This document shows positions 1 to 13,513 of a stretch of 64,000 bases of DNA, one piece after another. The notes under the pieces are model-generated. The model did not search any database. It was not told the DNA's origin and was given only the letters and a program-made list of their open reading frames with translations. The DNA is from Oikopleura dioica. Taxonomy: Eukaryota; Animalia; Chordata. Position numbers and translations under genes: made by a program. The stretch lies in assembly GCA_907165135.1 (NCBI GenBank), contig OU015566.1, positions 8,370,001-8,434,000 on the forward strand, in the 5' to 3' direction. Positions within the stretch are counted from its first letter, which is position 1. Each line of letters begins with the position of its first letter.

Positions 1-493
1 CGCCCATTTTTTATACAAGAAATGAAGACAGACTGGTTTTGGTGGATTCATTTATTTCATATTCTGTAATTATGGGTAACATTTTTACAGGAATTGTATA
101 GATAAAAGAATAAATCACTTTATAATTTATATTATTAGAGATCAGGAACCAGTGTCATTTTTTCATTTATTTGCGGCATTTTACTCTCGAGTAAATAATA
201 AGGAAAAGTATCTGCAGAGCTTAAAATATTAATTTTTGTAATTTTAGAATTTCATCCTCTGCTTTGAAAGCATTCTTTCTGCCTTCTTCATCAAGTAATG
301 GTTCGGTCCTTGGCGCTCGGCCAATCAGGCTCGAGAATTCCGTCCATTCAGCGCTTGGCATGAGTCAAGAAGGATTTCCATTCTCGAAACGCTCTGAATG
401 AGAAACTCACACTAGAATGGTGCCAATATCGCGCAATCCCTCTTTTACGCACATTTCTCTAAATCTAAGAAATAACTGACTACCAGTCGCATC

Positions 494-3400
494 ATGGCGC
501 ACAAGGTTAGAATTCCCAATAAAGAACTAATTCTGGGCGATTGATCTAATTTTGCTGGTGTATTAAAATTATGATTTCTAGGTGGCAGTTGTGCCCATCT
601 TCGGGGTAGACCCCCCGTCCGAGCTTTTCCAGCTCTGCGAGCGCTGCTTCCGAGCATTTACCGTGGCCAGAATGGACAAGCCGTGGATGAATTCTGTCGA
701 GTGGAATATCCTCGTTGAATCAGAAAACCTCCCTCTTCCCGATACTAAGTTCCGTCCCCTCATCGAATTCGCCAAATACGAAGAGAAATTCGACCGAATC
801 GCTGCGGCCGGAAATTCTTCTCAAAAACTGAAAAAGATAATCCGCCACGCATTGACCTTGCAGTGGAATTCTACGGACATCCTTTCTCCGGTCAAAAAAC
901 GAACCTCGCTGGGCGGAAATGGTCTTCAGCGAGCCAAAGTCATTGTTCTTGCTGGAACCATTGCCAAGGAAGATTTTGATGCGAAATTGATCACGGATTC
1001 GGTTTTGAAATGGGCCCTGAATACAGAAATACGGATCGTTCATTTAGCCGACGAGAGGGTTTTTAAAAACATTGAGTTTCTCGATAGCAAGCAAGAAATA
1101 ACGGTAAAAAGATCTTGTTTTATTATGAGAATGAGGCAATTTTAGCGTTTCTCCGATCTAGTTGGAATCAGTCTCGCAGAAATGGTCTACGAAAAGCGCA
1201 TTCTAGCGACGCCGGAGGGAGTTTCAGAGACAACAATGAAGTTCATGGATCAAGAATACAAAATCAAAGTCACAGCTAGGGAGAAAATCAAACTAGTGGA
1301 GATCCGTGCTGAATTGACAAGCAACTCTTTCGTCAGCATCCTTTCGCAGCTGCTCGGAGAGCGGCCTTTTCAGGGCACTTGCTCGGCTAATGTCAATAAA
1401 GATCTTCTACCGCTTGTTGGGAAAATGTTCATTGTCCGGCTGAACGAAGAACGTGTCGCGGTTGCTTCTGTTTCTCGCCCGATCCTATCCAAGATCGTTT
1501 TCCAGTTCAGAAAGACAAAGGAGAATTTCAAGCTGCCAATTCTCAACAACAAAACGCCCATTGAAAATTCCTATCCAGGCCATATCCTATCTGCCCCAGC
1601 TAAAGCCACTGTGGACATGACTCGCTTCGACTTCAGTTACCTTAAAACCGCCGCGGACAATAGCGGCAAAGGGCTTTCTCTTCTCCAGCGAAAGATCGAA
1701 GAAATGACCAAATTCACCAAAAAAGAAGGAGTCGACCATGACAACATTTTACCCCGAAAACTGCGTGTCAGATCAACGCCTACCAAAACGCCGATGAAAT
1801 GTACCCCAACATCAAGTGTTCCAAGCACGCCTCGGCAAAATTCTAGCACCAGGGGAGCGACCCCACAGACGCCGCAAAACGAAAACCGGGAACTTAAACG
1901 GCTCTGCCGATATTTTCCTGATTCTATTTCTTCTTTGGAGGATCAAATCAAAAACGCGATGAAATATTCTTGCTACGTTACTGTTTGCAAATTGTGCACG
2001 AATTTCTTGAGCAAAAACGCGCAAATCGGACTCAAAGAAATGCGAAAAACGAAAGATGAAATCTTTGACGGGAAAAATGAAAACATAACGCGTCTCTGCA
2101 AACTTCAATTTTTATTCTACCTCTTGGATAAAAACACAAACGAAGGTAGCGTTTCTTGATTCTCTTAGATTCTATTTCATGTGATGTGTATTTCGATCAG
2201 TGCGTATTTCTTTAATACATATGTGTAGGTGAACTCCGTGAGCTGGGGACGCTTATGCGCTGGTTTACTTTTTCAAGCTCGCCTGCTGATCTCAACGCGT
2301 TTTTCGAGGAGACGATTATTCCACTTTGGATTGAGAAAAACGATAAGGTACATGACAGTTATGTAGTCTACTTAATAAATTTGTCAAGGAAACCATTCTA
2401 TTTAGATTTTATATAATACCCATTTTTCAATATTCAGGAGATGATTCAAAAACTGCTAGATGTATATAATGATCTGATGCTAAATGTTCCAAAAGTTCTT
2501 GTCAAATACCTCCCCGCTAATTCCGACTCCGATTCAAGCTCCAATGAAGAAGAGGATGAAGATGCCATTACAGTCGAGCCTTCCAGGTAATCTCTCAGCC
2601 TTCAAATCTTCCTTATCACTGTCTTTAGTGTCTCAACAAGTTCTGTCATCAGCTTCTCTTCGAGCGTGTTTTCGAATAATTCCCGAGCGGTAGAATCTTC
2701 AACCCAAATGTTCTCTCGGAAGCTCTCGAGCTCAAACCAAAACCGGATGATCCAAATCAGAAACATGAGCGAACCACTGAGAAAAAGTCACAGAAGAGAA
2801 TCAAAAGCAAGAAAGGACCCGTCGCCATTAGCGAACAAATTAGGGCCTCGGTAAGAAAGAAAACTCAATTCTTTCGAAATGGTTTCCTAATTTCACTCTT
2901 TAGCAAATCCGATAGAGCGAAACGCGCACTGTTCATGGCTTCACCAGATCCAAAAGCAGCCCAGAGAGTTCAAAATTCAACAAATTCATCAAGAGTTCAA
3001 AGTCAACCACAGCCATCATCATCATCGTCGAATGTTCACCGCACGCCCGGAAAAAGCTTACCCAAGCCCAAAGTCCTCCACACTAGAAGCGCCAAAGACA
3101 CTCCTCTCAAAGCTCAAGAAATTGGAACGCGTTCGTCGAGGTCCAAGTTCCGTTCTCTGAGGTAAATCAAAACCGCTAAAATCTCATTTTCTCCCCCATT
3201 TTAGAAGAGAAAGGAAAAGAAAAGTTTCAACCTCAGACGTCGTCAATCAAGTCGAAGAATCGCCGATGAAAAATTCGGACTACACTCCAAAAGCAGGGCC
3301 TATTCGCAAGCTTCTCAAAGGTTTGCTCATAAATGCAGTCATTACAGAGAGCATATACTTATTACAGAAGACGACCAGCTCAACAGATCGGCTTTGAATT

Positions 3401-3910
3401 CGACGGCCGACTTGTTATCCCCTCGCGATGGCAAATTAGCCCACTCGTTGCTCTTTGGTGGTGATAAATCAGAAGCAAGCTCGTCGGATGATGAAGTTAT
3501 CTCAAGCAGATCAGCTGTTTCTGAAAAGATTCCCCCAGCGAGATTCACTTTTACTTCACCTATCCGAGCAGGTACCGAGCAGCTATCCCACAAATTCACT
3601 TGTAAACATAACCATTAGGCAACGAAAACGAGCTCCTCTCGCCTTCAAAAAGATCACATCGGCGGAAAATGACAGCCGAAGTGGGGCCCTCGCCCCTGAG
3701 TAAAAACGACGATTTGTTGAACAAATCCTTTGATGATCTCAAATCTGGCGAAATGGTCGGCCAAAGAGCGGTGGTTCAGGATGCGAACTCCAGTGTTAGG
3801 GTAAAACCTATATTCTTCGACTTTTTTTCATGTAAAAATCATAGATGAAGAAGTTTCCAGGCGTGAAAACAGCTAGACGCAAACTTCGCCTCTCCGAATC
3901 AGAAAAATAA
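494..3910 (+). CDS. TICRR: Treslin/TICRR-like replication initiation factor (multi-exon, highly divergent)
   Basis: First exon MAHK (ATG 494) splices to ORF 582-1145. ALTLQWNSTDILSPVKK resembles Treslin N-terminal LLDYQWDRPEITSPTK. LCKLQFLFYLL and FTFSSSPADLNAFFEETII...DVYNDLMLNVPKVL resemble the Sld3/Treslin domain. The low-complexity C-terminus is rich in S/T-P sites. Stop at 3908-3910. Confidence 0.7.
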
Positions 3911-4045
3911 GACCCTTCACAAAATCAACTATCAACTTTCACTATCTCTTCTATTTTATACTTAACTCACTGCCTTTAATTTCACACCAGAATTCACGGA
4001 GCTCAGAAATCATTGTTTCTTCTTTAGAAAGATGATGCTTGAGAA

Positions 4046-5098
4046 ATGACGAAAACGAGGAAGAGGCGCATTTCAGCGTCGAAAAAGACAAAGTCGCGGA
4101 CGAAGACGAAACGATCGAAAAAGTCGAATGAAAATGATGATGTCAACAAGGACTATTCGACGCTTTTCAACTCACCGACGCTGGGTGGAAATGATGTCGA
4201 AGCTAAATTACGGTAAGAGCATTTATTCGAACGTTGAATTGAAAAGTTTTTTTCAGTGACCGTATCCTCAAAAAGAAAGCCCAATCGGAGCTTGAATCAG
4301 AAGCAGTGAAATCAAGCACGTCCGACGATCCATCTGACACTTCCGCGAAATCAAGCTCTGCCAAATCCTCATCAATCGCTTCGTCTGGCAAGAAGGGCGC
4401 TTCAAATTCCTTCGATCGCAGGGCCTCTCTTGCTACTTCCAATCATAACCCGTCGTCGGATGGAGATGATGAAAATTCAGAGAAAAACTCGGCCTCTTCT
4501 GGTTTATACAGGGAAATTATGCGCTTTACTAGTTCATTTTTAGGATCACTTGCTTCAAATCGAAGTCAGCTGTCGTCGAAAAACTCGCGCATGAGTGATG
4601 AAGAACCAGGCCTCGATCCAGAAGAGGCAGCGGCATACGACGACATCGAGAATCAACTGATCGCCGATCAGAGCAAAGAAATTGAGTATCTCAACGGAAT
4701 CGACGAACCGATCAACAAGGCGGACTTACCTGTTTTAGTCAAGGAAGAAAATACTAACGGGCCTTATATGAACGAGCCGATGAAATTACGGTAATGAGCT
4801 CTTATTAATTATTTGTAAAGGTTATAAAATGATCAGAATATCCCGATTGAAACGGACCAAAATCTGGGTGCGCGCTTTAACAAGTCCTGACGAGCCCGTC
4901 ATCAATGACGAGGTGGATCTTGCAATAGCCGCGGCGAAAGAGGCTAAAGAAGCCGAGAAAAAGGCCGCGACAATTTCTGAAGACGAAGTTGGCGTCGCCA
5001 TTTTCGACAGTCCATCTCAGGATTTTGCGAAAAAGACGCTCGACATGGAGAACAAGCTCAAAAACGCAATTCTTGAGCGGCTGAAGAAAAAGATATAG
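4046..5098 (+). CDS. Hypothetical low-complexity protein (basic N-terminus, Ser/acidic middle), 3 exons
   Basis: ATG 4046 (MTKTRKRRISASKK) follows an unpaired TTTAG acceptor. Short GT-AG introns link it to ORFs 4306-4794 and 4829-5098. No family recognised. Confidence 0.6.
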
Positions 5099-5517
5099 CG
5101 TCGTTTCTTCTTTCTTTTTCTTAATTTTCACAAGCCGTTGTTCATCATTGCCGACGCCCGTCTATTCGGAGCGATTTCGTTCTTCTTTAAAAAATCGTCA
5201 ATTAGGATATCCGAGATTACAAAATTTAGGTGATTTTCACTATAATTTCAAGCACTGTCTTTCTTGTAAATATTTACTACGCAAGTTTACAATTTCTACT
5301 TTTTTCAATGCTTCCAGACTATCCACACGATTGCCTTCTCTTATAATTATTTCTGTACTATTACTCCTATCAGTTCCTTACTTTTCCTACTCGTTCAGTT
5401 TCTCATTAAATATTTTAATATTTTCTCCACTGTTTTACCTATCTTATCCTTTTTACTGTATGCATCCGTTTTTTCCTATATTTGCGATATGATTTCTTCT
5501 ATTTTCTGTATTCTTAA

Positions 5518-5952
5518 CTTCTCAAAACACGGGCGCGCTACTATACCCTCAAAACACGGGGTCCAATAATTGGACCACAATGCATTATTCAGCCCCGCGC
5601 GGCGCGCCAAATTCATAGTGTGAAAAATAGCGCTCAGAACTTTTGCCTCTAATTGACGTTTCCGTTGTGTAAAAAAGCTCGTTAATGTATTGTTCGAGAG
5701 CTTAAACCTTCTTCTTTAAAGATTTACTATTGTTAATCAAAAAATCCGTTCCGATTTTCAACCAGAGAGCGATAGAGAAATGTGGCGCAAAACGCCACCA
5801 CTTTTGAGTTTTCATTCGAAACTTCACACAGTGGTTCGTTTCCGTCCTATCAGCTCACATTACAAAATTCAGGTCAAACAGATTACTACAACGGGAATTA
5901 CCGGGGGTCAAAGTCGCCGTGGTCCAATGATTGGACCCCGTGTTTTGAGAAG
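5518..5952. mobile_element. TTAA-flanked MITE (piggyBac-like target site)
   Basis: TTAA (5514-5517) CTTCTCAAAACACGGG ... CCCGTGTTTTGAGAAG TTAA (5953-5956). The left end is internally duplicated (5548-5578), and that copy extends the inverted match to 31 bp with a GGTCCAAT-N-ATTGGACC palindrome. No transposase. Confidence 0.75.
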
Positions 5953-6010
5953 TTAACAATTGATATCTTGATATTTGAACCGTGCTCAAACCAATATTCA
6001 GAAAAAACAA

Positions 6011-6974
6011 ATGAAACCCATTGTCGAAGACGACGAAATCGTACGCATAAATGTTGGCGGGGTAAAATTCACGACACTCAGAGTAAGATCAAAAGTAATT
6101 GTCTATTTGTGATGCATATTTTCAGAGTACACTTTTGCGCTACTCGCATTCGATTTTGGCGCGAATGATCAACGGGAAAATACCACCACGGCGGGATAGC
6201 GAGGGAAACGCTTTCCTTGATCGAGATCCTCAAATTTTCAAGTATATTCTGGAGTTCCTCAGGTCGTCAAAGGTAAGCTTTCTTCAAAAAAAATTCTGAT
6301 TGAATAATTCTGTTTTCAGGTAGTGATATCAGATGATCTGATACAAGGAATTCTCCCCCAGTTACTCCACGAAGCCGAGTACTTCATGATTGATCCTCTA
6401 GTTGAAGAACTCAGACATCGGCAAGCTAGGCTTAATAAAAGAGATGTGTTGCTCGTTTGGAATGAAGGAGGAGTTATCAAGTAATTTCATGAACTTCAAA
6501 AGAAGTAGTTAAACATTTAAACTTTAGATTTAATTGTACTGACGAAGACGTACTCGCCCAGCTAGATTACCTAAAACCACCAATAGTTGGGTTGAAAAAG
6601 ACACGCTCGATCGCCACCATTCAATACGACTGCGATTTCCTCGTCGCCATCAATCATTTTATCAACAATGGATTTACCCGCCCCGATATTATGTCCAGCA
6701 AGGTGCCAGTCAACAAATGCTTATAAAAAAGCTCACCGAAGAATTTCTCTTTCAGATAAATTACTTTTGGTCGGGGACTTATATTCCAGATAGACCGCCC
6801 TTTACGTTCCTTCGAGAAGGGGCTCCAGAAGAACCATCGCAGTACATAACGACAAGGTTCAAATTAAGACCAAATTATCATTACTTACTTTATTCAATTC
6901 AGCCCAGACTTTTTGGAATCTCAAATAACTTCAAAAGAACAAATTTAGAGCACTCTTCGTTGCTCTATTTTTAA
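6011..6974 (+). CDS. KCTD-type BTB/T1 (potassium channel tetramerisation) domain protein
   Basis: Spliced IVRINVGGVKFTTLRSTLLRY...LARM...AFLDRDPQIFKYILEFLRS...LLHEAEYFMIDPL is the BTB_2 signature. The 3' end is uncertain. Confidence 0.85.
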
Positions 6975-8716
6975 AAACTACTTGACTGTTCTAAGCTGGA
7001 GTACAATTCTTGCCCTACTTCTTTGACAAGTAGTTGTCTTCTCTTTCCATTTGTCCACACGTGTCCTATCTTTTCTCTTTCTCGCAAATCTTCACAATTT
7101 CTTCAACTGCTTCTCACGAACCAAGCTTCCGAAAATTCGACAGTGGACGACAGAAATTAATACTTTTTGAGATTGAAAAATCATATCAAACTGGGACGGG
7201 ATCAATCTTATTTCTGGATACTTGCGGAAAGGGATGAGCTGAAGAAAAACGTGATAGTTGATGAACATCGGGCCAGAAGCTGGACCTGAGGAGTCAGTCG
7301 AGGCTCTTCTGGCTTTTACAGTCGACAAGCGTCAGCGAAATGCCGAGGCAGCATGTCCAGGAAAGCTTCAGAATTCGACCAGACACAATGCTTGTAAAAT
7401 CAACAAGGATGATTCTGAAACTCGAAAAAAGAACTGCGCAAAGAAGCACTTTTATCAAACACAGTGCGCCAGGCACATCAGATACTGTAACGGATAGCAA
7501 ATGAGTTAAAGATTAAGTGTATGTTTTTGTTGATATCCGGGTGAGTACAGACGGAGATCTTCTGCACCGTGCAAGTCGTTTTTCACCAATCAGCATTCTG
7601 ATGAACTTGTAGATGTCGACGATGTGCCTACTATCGAGTCCCTTGAAGTAGATATCTTGCAACTCGAGTTGCTCTTAACTTCGTTTTTAGTCTTCCGACG
7701 CGTTTCTCGTTTCAGAAAGCTCAAACCCCACAGATCATTGCCAAGCAAACCAAAGTGACAATTTGCAAAAAATGAGCGAACTTCTACAAGAAATAAATGT
7801 CATTTCCTCACCAGGGTTCGTTCCTTACAATTTTGCTCTTTTTCATCAAAGTTTTTAGAAAACGCAAGAGACTTTACGACGAAGAAGCTTCCGAGAGCAT
7901 ATTCTCCGAATCGTCCCATTTGGACTCCGACAGTTTGTTAGCCAGTCCGTGCAAACGCGGCAAGCCAACCCCGGATATTGTGCCTGAATCTAATAATTCG
8001 CTCATGGAAACTTGAACACCCTCCTTTTCTCGTGTTATATTCGCCCTGCCACCAACAACCGTTGCGTTGATTCCTATTCTTTCGAAACAAAACAAAAAAA
8101 GACAACTTTTATTTCTTTTAATTCATGTTTCTTCTTCTCTAAAAAATATTTTTACTACCCCAAACACAAGCAAAACACAGCCATCAAGTTCCACTATTAC
8201 TTTCTTTGATCGACGAAACAATACTTACCAAAAGATAAAAATACAGTTGTATTCAGTTCAAGTTGGACTTTCAACACTTTTTGATGCAAAACAGAGTTCT
8301 CCAGAAATTTACACTTTTCGATGTTATTTGAAATAGACAAACATACTTTCATAGACAAATTTATACGATATTTTTCAACCCATGTCCGAGATAGGCGTAA
8401 TTATCAAAATGCAAAGACCAGTTTCTATTCTGTACGAAGAAGGTGCGCTCATATCCTCCCATTTTCGGTCGAATTAGTTTCAGGTTGAAATTTTTTCGAG
8501 CATTTTTAAAGCAGGTTGTCATTTTGCGGCAATTTTTTTGCTATCGTCCAAGTTTCAATGTTTGGTTGAATCGCTCCAAAATGCTTCATCTCCTCTTTTT
8601 TCTAACTGCTCCGACCGCCAGTAAACCCTTTTTTTCCCTCTTATTCATTAATGACAATTATTGAAAGTTCTACTCCCTTTTGCATAATTTTTCATCTTAG
8701 AGAGTTGATCGTAATC

Positions 8717-11242
8717 ATGACTGGGGATTTGGGAACTGGCTTCGGCCCGGGCTTTTCCTGCAATATCAATGAGGGTCGACATTTGGGCAAAACTGTTGGG
8801 ATTTTTATGGGACACAAGTTCTTTCATCCGAGCTCAAAACGAAATCTCATTATTTCAGGCTTTGAAAGATTCACTCGTGACTAGTTATTTTTCGTACTCG
8901 TCCTTGATATCAAAATTTTTAAATTCCTAAAACAGCACTTGTAAATCTTCATCCGGTTGTTTTGACGATATCGCGCGCAGCAGTTCGCCCAGGCAAAAGA
9001 AAAGGCAATCGACGAGAAGCTAAAGGAGAATGCGAGAACTCATGAAGTTGAGCAGATCCGAAAAAGAGATGCTCGAGGCTTGGAGAGAAAAAGGGCTGAA
9101 GGAGGAGTCTCTTTTCTCTACGATCAACCTCAGATTGTTGAAAAATATCAAGAAGAACGCGACAAGGTAATTATTCAAAATTATATGCTTGCCAAACCAA
9201 CTGATCATTTTTCATAGCGAATAAAAGAGATCGAAAAAGGCTACATGTTTGAGTGGCAGAAGAACGCCCCGCGAGATCGCTTCGTGGACGGAATTCTTCC
9301 GACGGAAATTGCTTCGAAGCCACAGATTCATATGCCTTTTAATGGACCGAACGTCATGCTTTCCATTCCTTGCTTTCGATGCAAGCAGCATGGGCATCTT
9401 ACTTACGATAAAGTCTGCCCAAGATACAGTGAGGATATTTCTGAAGCAGAACTAAAAGAAATGGGCAAGAGTTTTCAACTTGTTGAAATCGACCCGCGTA
9501 GAATCGAAACGCTCGTCGAGGACTTCACAAACGAATACGTCAATTATCATGGAGCACCAGAAGCTTCAATCGCTAAGGAAAAGTTCGCGTACCGACAGAG
9601 TCAGTTTGCGTTGAATCCAGAGACGACGAAAATCCTCCGGGAACAGTCTGGCATCGATACGATGATCCCTGTGATGGAGCGAGAAAAGCGTCGAAAAGAA
9701 GATCTCGAGTACGTTGAAGGACTCGGAGTTGTCGGAAGGCGGGTGCTTCTTACAACTGTCCGAAGAATGATGCGCGAGAAAAAACGAAAGCTTCGAATGA
9801 AACTCCTGGAAAAAGAACTCTTTGATCTTGCTGATAAAATTTACATTTCTGATGACTCAGACTCGGAGGGAGAGTATGAAATTGACATTCCTGAGCTCCA
9901 AGAAGAATTCACGAACGTAATCGACGAACTTGTTTTTGGTTCTGAAGCGCCTGTTGTTAAAATTGAACCTATCGACGATACAATTATCAAATCCGAGCCA
10001 GTCAATCAGTATCCGGAGCTCGAGGCGGCGGTGAAAGTTGAAATCAAGGAGGAGCTCACAGATGCCGAGGAAAAAATCAGGAGCCGTTTGACGAAACGCC
10101 GTTGTGAGGAAATAGTAAAGCTTAACAACTTAAAAGCAGAATACAAACAAGTAGTGGCTGATGCGTCGTCGGAACAAGATCCATTAGCGGAGGCCGTTTC
10201 CGTCTATGTTGCTGAAGGATCAACAAAGAAGGAAATCCAGTCAAACCTCAAGAAGGTTAGTTAATTGAGTTTAATGATCAATGGACAGTCAAGCGGGGGT
10301 TAAAACGATTATTATTCAGTTAGAAGAGGAAAAGAAAAAATCGATAGAAGCGCGACTTCGTCAGCGGTTGCAAAAGCAGCGGCGCCAAGTTGAAAAACTT
10401 GAGCATGAAATCAAAGGCATCACCGAGACACTGGACAAAACTGACGAAACTAAAGCGCTTTATGAGCTCAAACTTAGGAAGGAGAAAGGTTTTGAAGCCA
10501 TCTCCAAAATAAAAGGTAGTCGAGCTATGTGCGACCTTTATATTTACGACGTAATAAGGAATCGAGGAACGCCTTCGAGAACTAGACCAACAAATTGTCG
10601 CCGAATCGCAACAGCGAAAAGAACAACAACTTCATGAAATGAGCATTGTTGCGAGCAGAACTGATGCTGAGAAGCTTCTTCGACAGCGAATCGAAGAAAG
10701 GAAACATGAAGCGGATAGGGAAGTCCGGCGGCGAGAGAGGGAGGAGAAAAGAAAACTCCGTAAAATGAACAAAAAGCTTGAGCGACTAAAGAAAGGGTGT
10801 CAGCAAAATAAGCGCTTATTTCTTGCAAAAATGTAATTTAAATCGAACAACGCGCGCATCCTGAATAAAGGCCGAGCAAGAAGAATCCGAAACCCTCCGC
10901 CAAGTCGGCTTCGCTGGATCTGTTGAAGAAGCCCATAAAAATTTCAAGCCCAAACGAAAAGTTTCAGAATCCGATGCTGATGTCATCGTGTCAAGTATTT
11001 GCCTACCCTCCAAAGAAATAACTGTGATGACCAAAGAGGAAAAATTAAAACTTCAAAAAGTGAGCATTTACTACTCATATGATCAATAAAGTCGTCTTTA
11101 GGAAGAGGAAGAAAAAGCCAAGGAAGCTGGAAGAGTCTACGTGCCAAAGACGGAGATAAAGAGCTTCGAAAAAGAAATCAATGGAAAGAAGCATAAAATC
11201 GACGAGTCATTTCTGTCCCAGTTCGGCATCAAGCTCGACTAG
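8717..11242 (+). CDS. CIR1-like paralog 1 (Cir_N-like start, zinc knuckle, long charged/coiled-coil tail)
   Basis: [29 protein letters not shown] and CFRCKQHGHLTYDKVC match the CIR1 motifs also seen in the copy at 15363. The first intron's donor is unresolved. Stop at 11240-11242. Confidence 0.75.
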
Positions 11243-11352
11243 TTCCCACATTTCATCGTATCAAGTTCACTTGCCTGCCTCTTCTTATAAAGCTCGTATC
11301 AATAAAGCACATGTTGATTTGATATATTCAGGAGAATAAGAAATCGGTAAAA

Positions 11353-13265
11353 ATGTCGAATGGACCGAGATATAGAGGAAAGACTTTCCATGAGTACATG
11401 TCCGCAAAGTTCTGGCATCCTGCCAGTAAGCGGAACATCGTCACTGTCTGGAAGCGAAAGCAGCAGATGGAGGTGGGTAACCTAATTTTTCATCATTCCA
11501 TATTTTTGTATCGATAGATCTAGTTCACGTACATAGGATAATCTTAAATTTAATCGCGCAAGGCGGCTGCTAATGCTTGTGGATATGTGCAGCATATCTT
11601 CTTGCTTTTCTGATGATTTCAATGGTCACACAGGCTGCCTAAGCGATCTAAGCCTCGCATAATCTCGAAAGCGCATTTAAAATGAGTCTAGGCGGACAAA
11701 CGCAAGGAGCAGGAGCGCGCAGAAGAGGCAAGAAAAGAGAATGAAAGGAATCTCGTCCAAAAAGCGCTCGGCGACAAGAAGGCCATGTCCGGCGTTTCCT
11801 TCCTCTACGAAATGCCCAACAATATCATGCCAAAAGGTAAAATTATCATTTTCTCTTCCAATGGCATTCATTTAACTCATCAGATATCAATGCTCCCGAA
11901 AATCAAGGAGACCGCCCTGGTCAGACGGCCAAAAACTTCGAAATCAAGTTCGAGTGGCAGAAAAACGCCCCTCGCGATTCCCATTTTAACACAATGGGAG
12001 AAGTCCGTAACTCCATCTTCAACCACAAACCCTTCGGTATCGAAGTGCGAAATGTCAAATGTATGAAATGTGGCGAGTTTGGTCACTCAAATGTCGACAG
12101 AGTCTGTCCAATGTACGGCAAGGTCGGTGATCGAGACAATCCAGAGTGGGATTTGAAGAAGGAGCAAATGGAGATCCTTGCGAGCAGACTTACTCAAAAT
12201 TCCGGATTCAAACTCAAAGACGTTGCAAAACAGCATGTTGGTGATCTGTCCTTCGATCCATCGGAGAAAAAGTCGAAAAGGCGCCGTGAAAAAGAGGGCG
12301 AAATTGAAATGGAATTCTTAAAGACCCTGAATCCAAAGGAAAAAGAACAGCTCTTGGAAAAACTTGAGGAGCAGCGCAGGAGAAAAAAACAAGCCGAGAA
12401 GAAGAGGAAAAAAGCGGTCAAAAAAGAACTCAAAGCTGAAATGGCTAGACAACTTGCATCGAGCAAAACTAAAATCAAGCATCCAAAGGTTGAATACGAG
12501 CAAAAACCCATCGGTAAGATCTTGATCCCTCCTTGTCGCAATTTTTATCGTCAGCGTTAATTAATTTGTTATTTACAGTCGAGAGCGAGGACGAGGAAGA
12601 CGAGCCTGGCCCTTCCACTCCTGTTAATATCACCCTGCCAAAGCGAAAAGACGAGGACGAAAAAGCAAAGATACTCGCCGCAAAGAAAGAGTTCGCTAGA
12701 AAACTGGCAGAGATTAAGCACATGATGGAGCAGGAGTCCGATTCTAGCGACGATGATTCATCTGATGACTCGGACGACTCTGATTATGAAACTGGTAGTA
12801 GTCCTGACGCTGCCCAGAAAAAGGTATTTTAGATTCGTAAAGGCGAAAATATATCAATTTTAGGACTTACCAAAGAATATGCCACCACCACCGAAACCTG
12901 GAATGATTCTAGTAAAGAAAAAACGCGCTGCTCCAGTTGCTAAAAATAACGAAGAAGATGAGGCTAAAAGAAAGCGAATCGAGGATTTGAAAGCGCTAGA
13001 ATCACAGATGAAAAGTTCGTTGACAAATTATATTTACAATTAACAGTATTTAGTGGTTCGAAAGCGACTAGCTGAAAAGCAAAAGACAGAGCTTAAAGAG
13101 AGCACGAGGCGCCTTCAAGAGAGCAAAAAGCCGCGTAAAGAAGTCGAGCCCACTCCGATTGTTAATGAGGATGATCTTACGTCGGGCCTGTTGGATTGTA
13201 TCGATTCCAGCCGCACTCAATGGAAGCCTACTAGTCTTATTGCGTATGACTCGGACTCAGATTAA
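11353..13265 (+). CDS. CIR1-like paralog 2
   Basis: [45 protein letters not shown] and KPFGIEVRNVKCMKCGEFGHSNVDRVCPMYG. Lys/Glu- and Asp/Ser-rich tail. Confidence 0.85.
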
Positions 13266-13513
13266 TTTATCCATCTCTCTCCTTTTTCGTTTTCTGTTTT
13301 ATCTTCCATGTCGTTTATGTTCAAGAGTTTCAGGTGAAATCAAAGGCGCGGAATTATAAATTTGAAACTCTTACTTGCTCAACTATCTGTCAAACTGAAG
13401 ACCCAACTAATTTTCTCTCTTGAACGTCCAAGATTGATATTTTTCCTTAATACAAACTCATTCTGATAAGCGTTTAATTTATTTTTCTTCAGAAATCTCT
13501 TAACCGCCCGAAA

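Noticed and set aside
7034-8015. Possible small plus-strand gene between the BTB gene and CIR1-like 1
   Set aside because: Some exon-like segments (7540-8015) exist, but no consistent start-to-stop model or family could be built.
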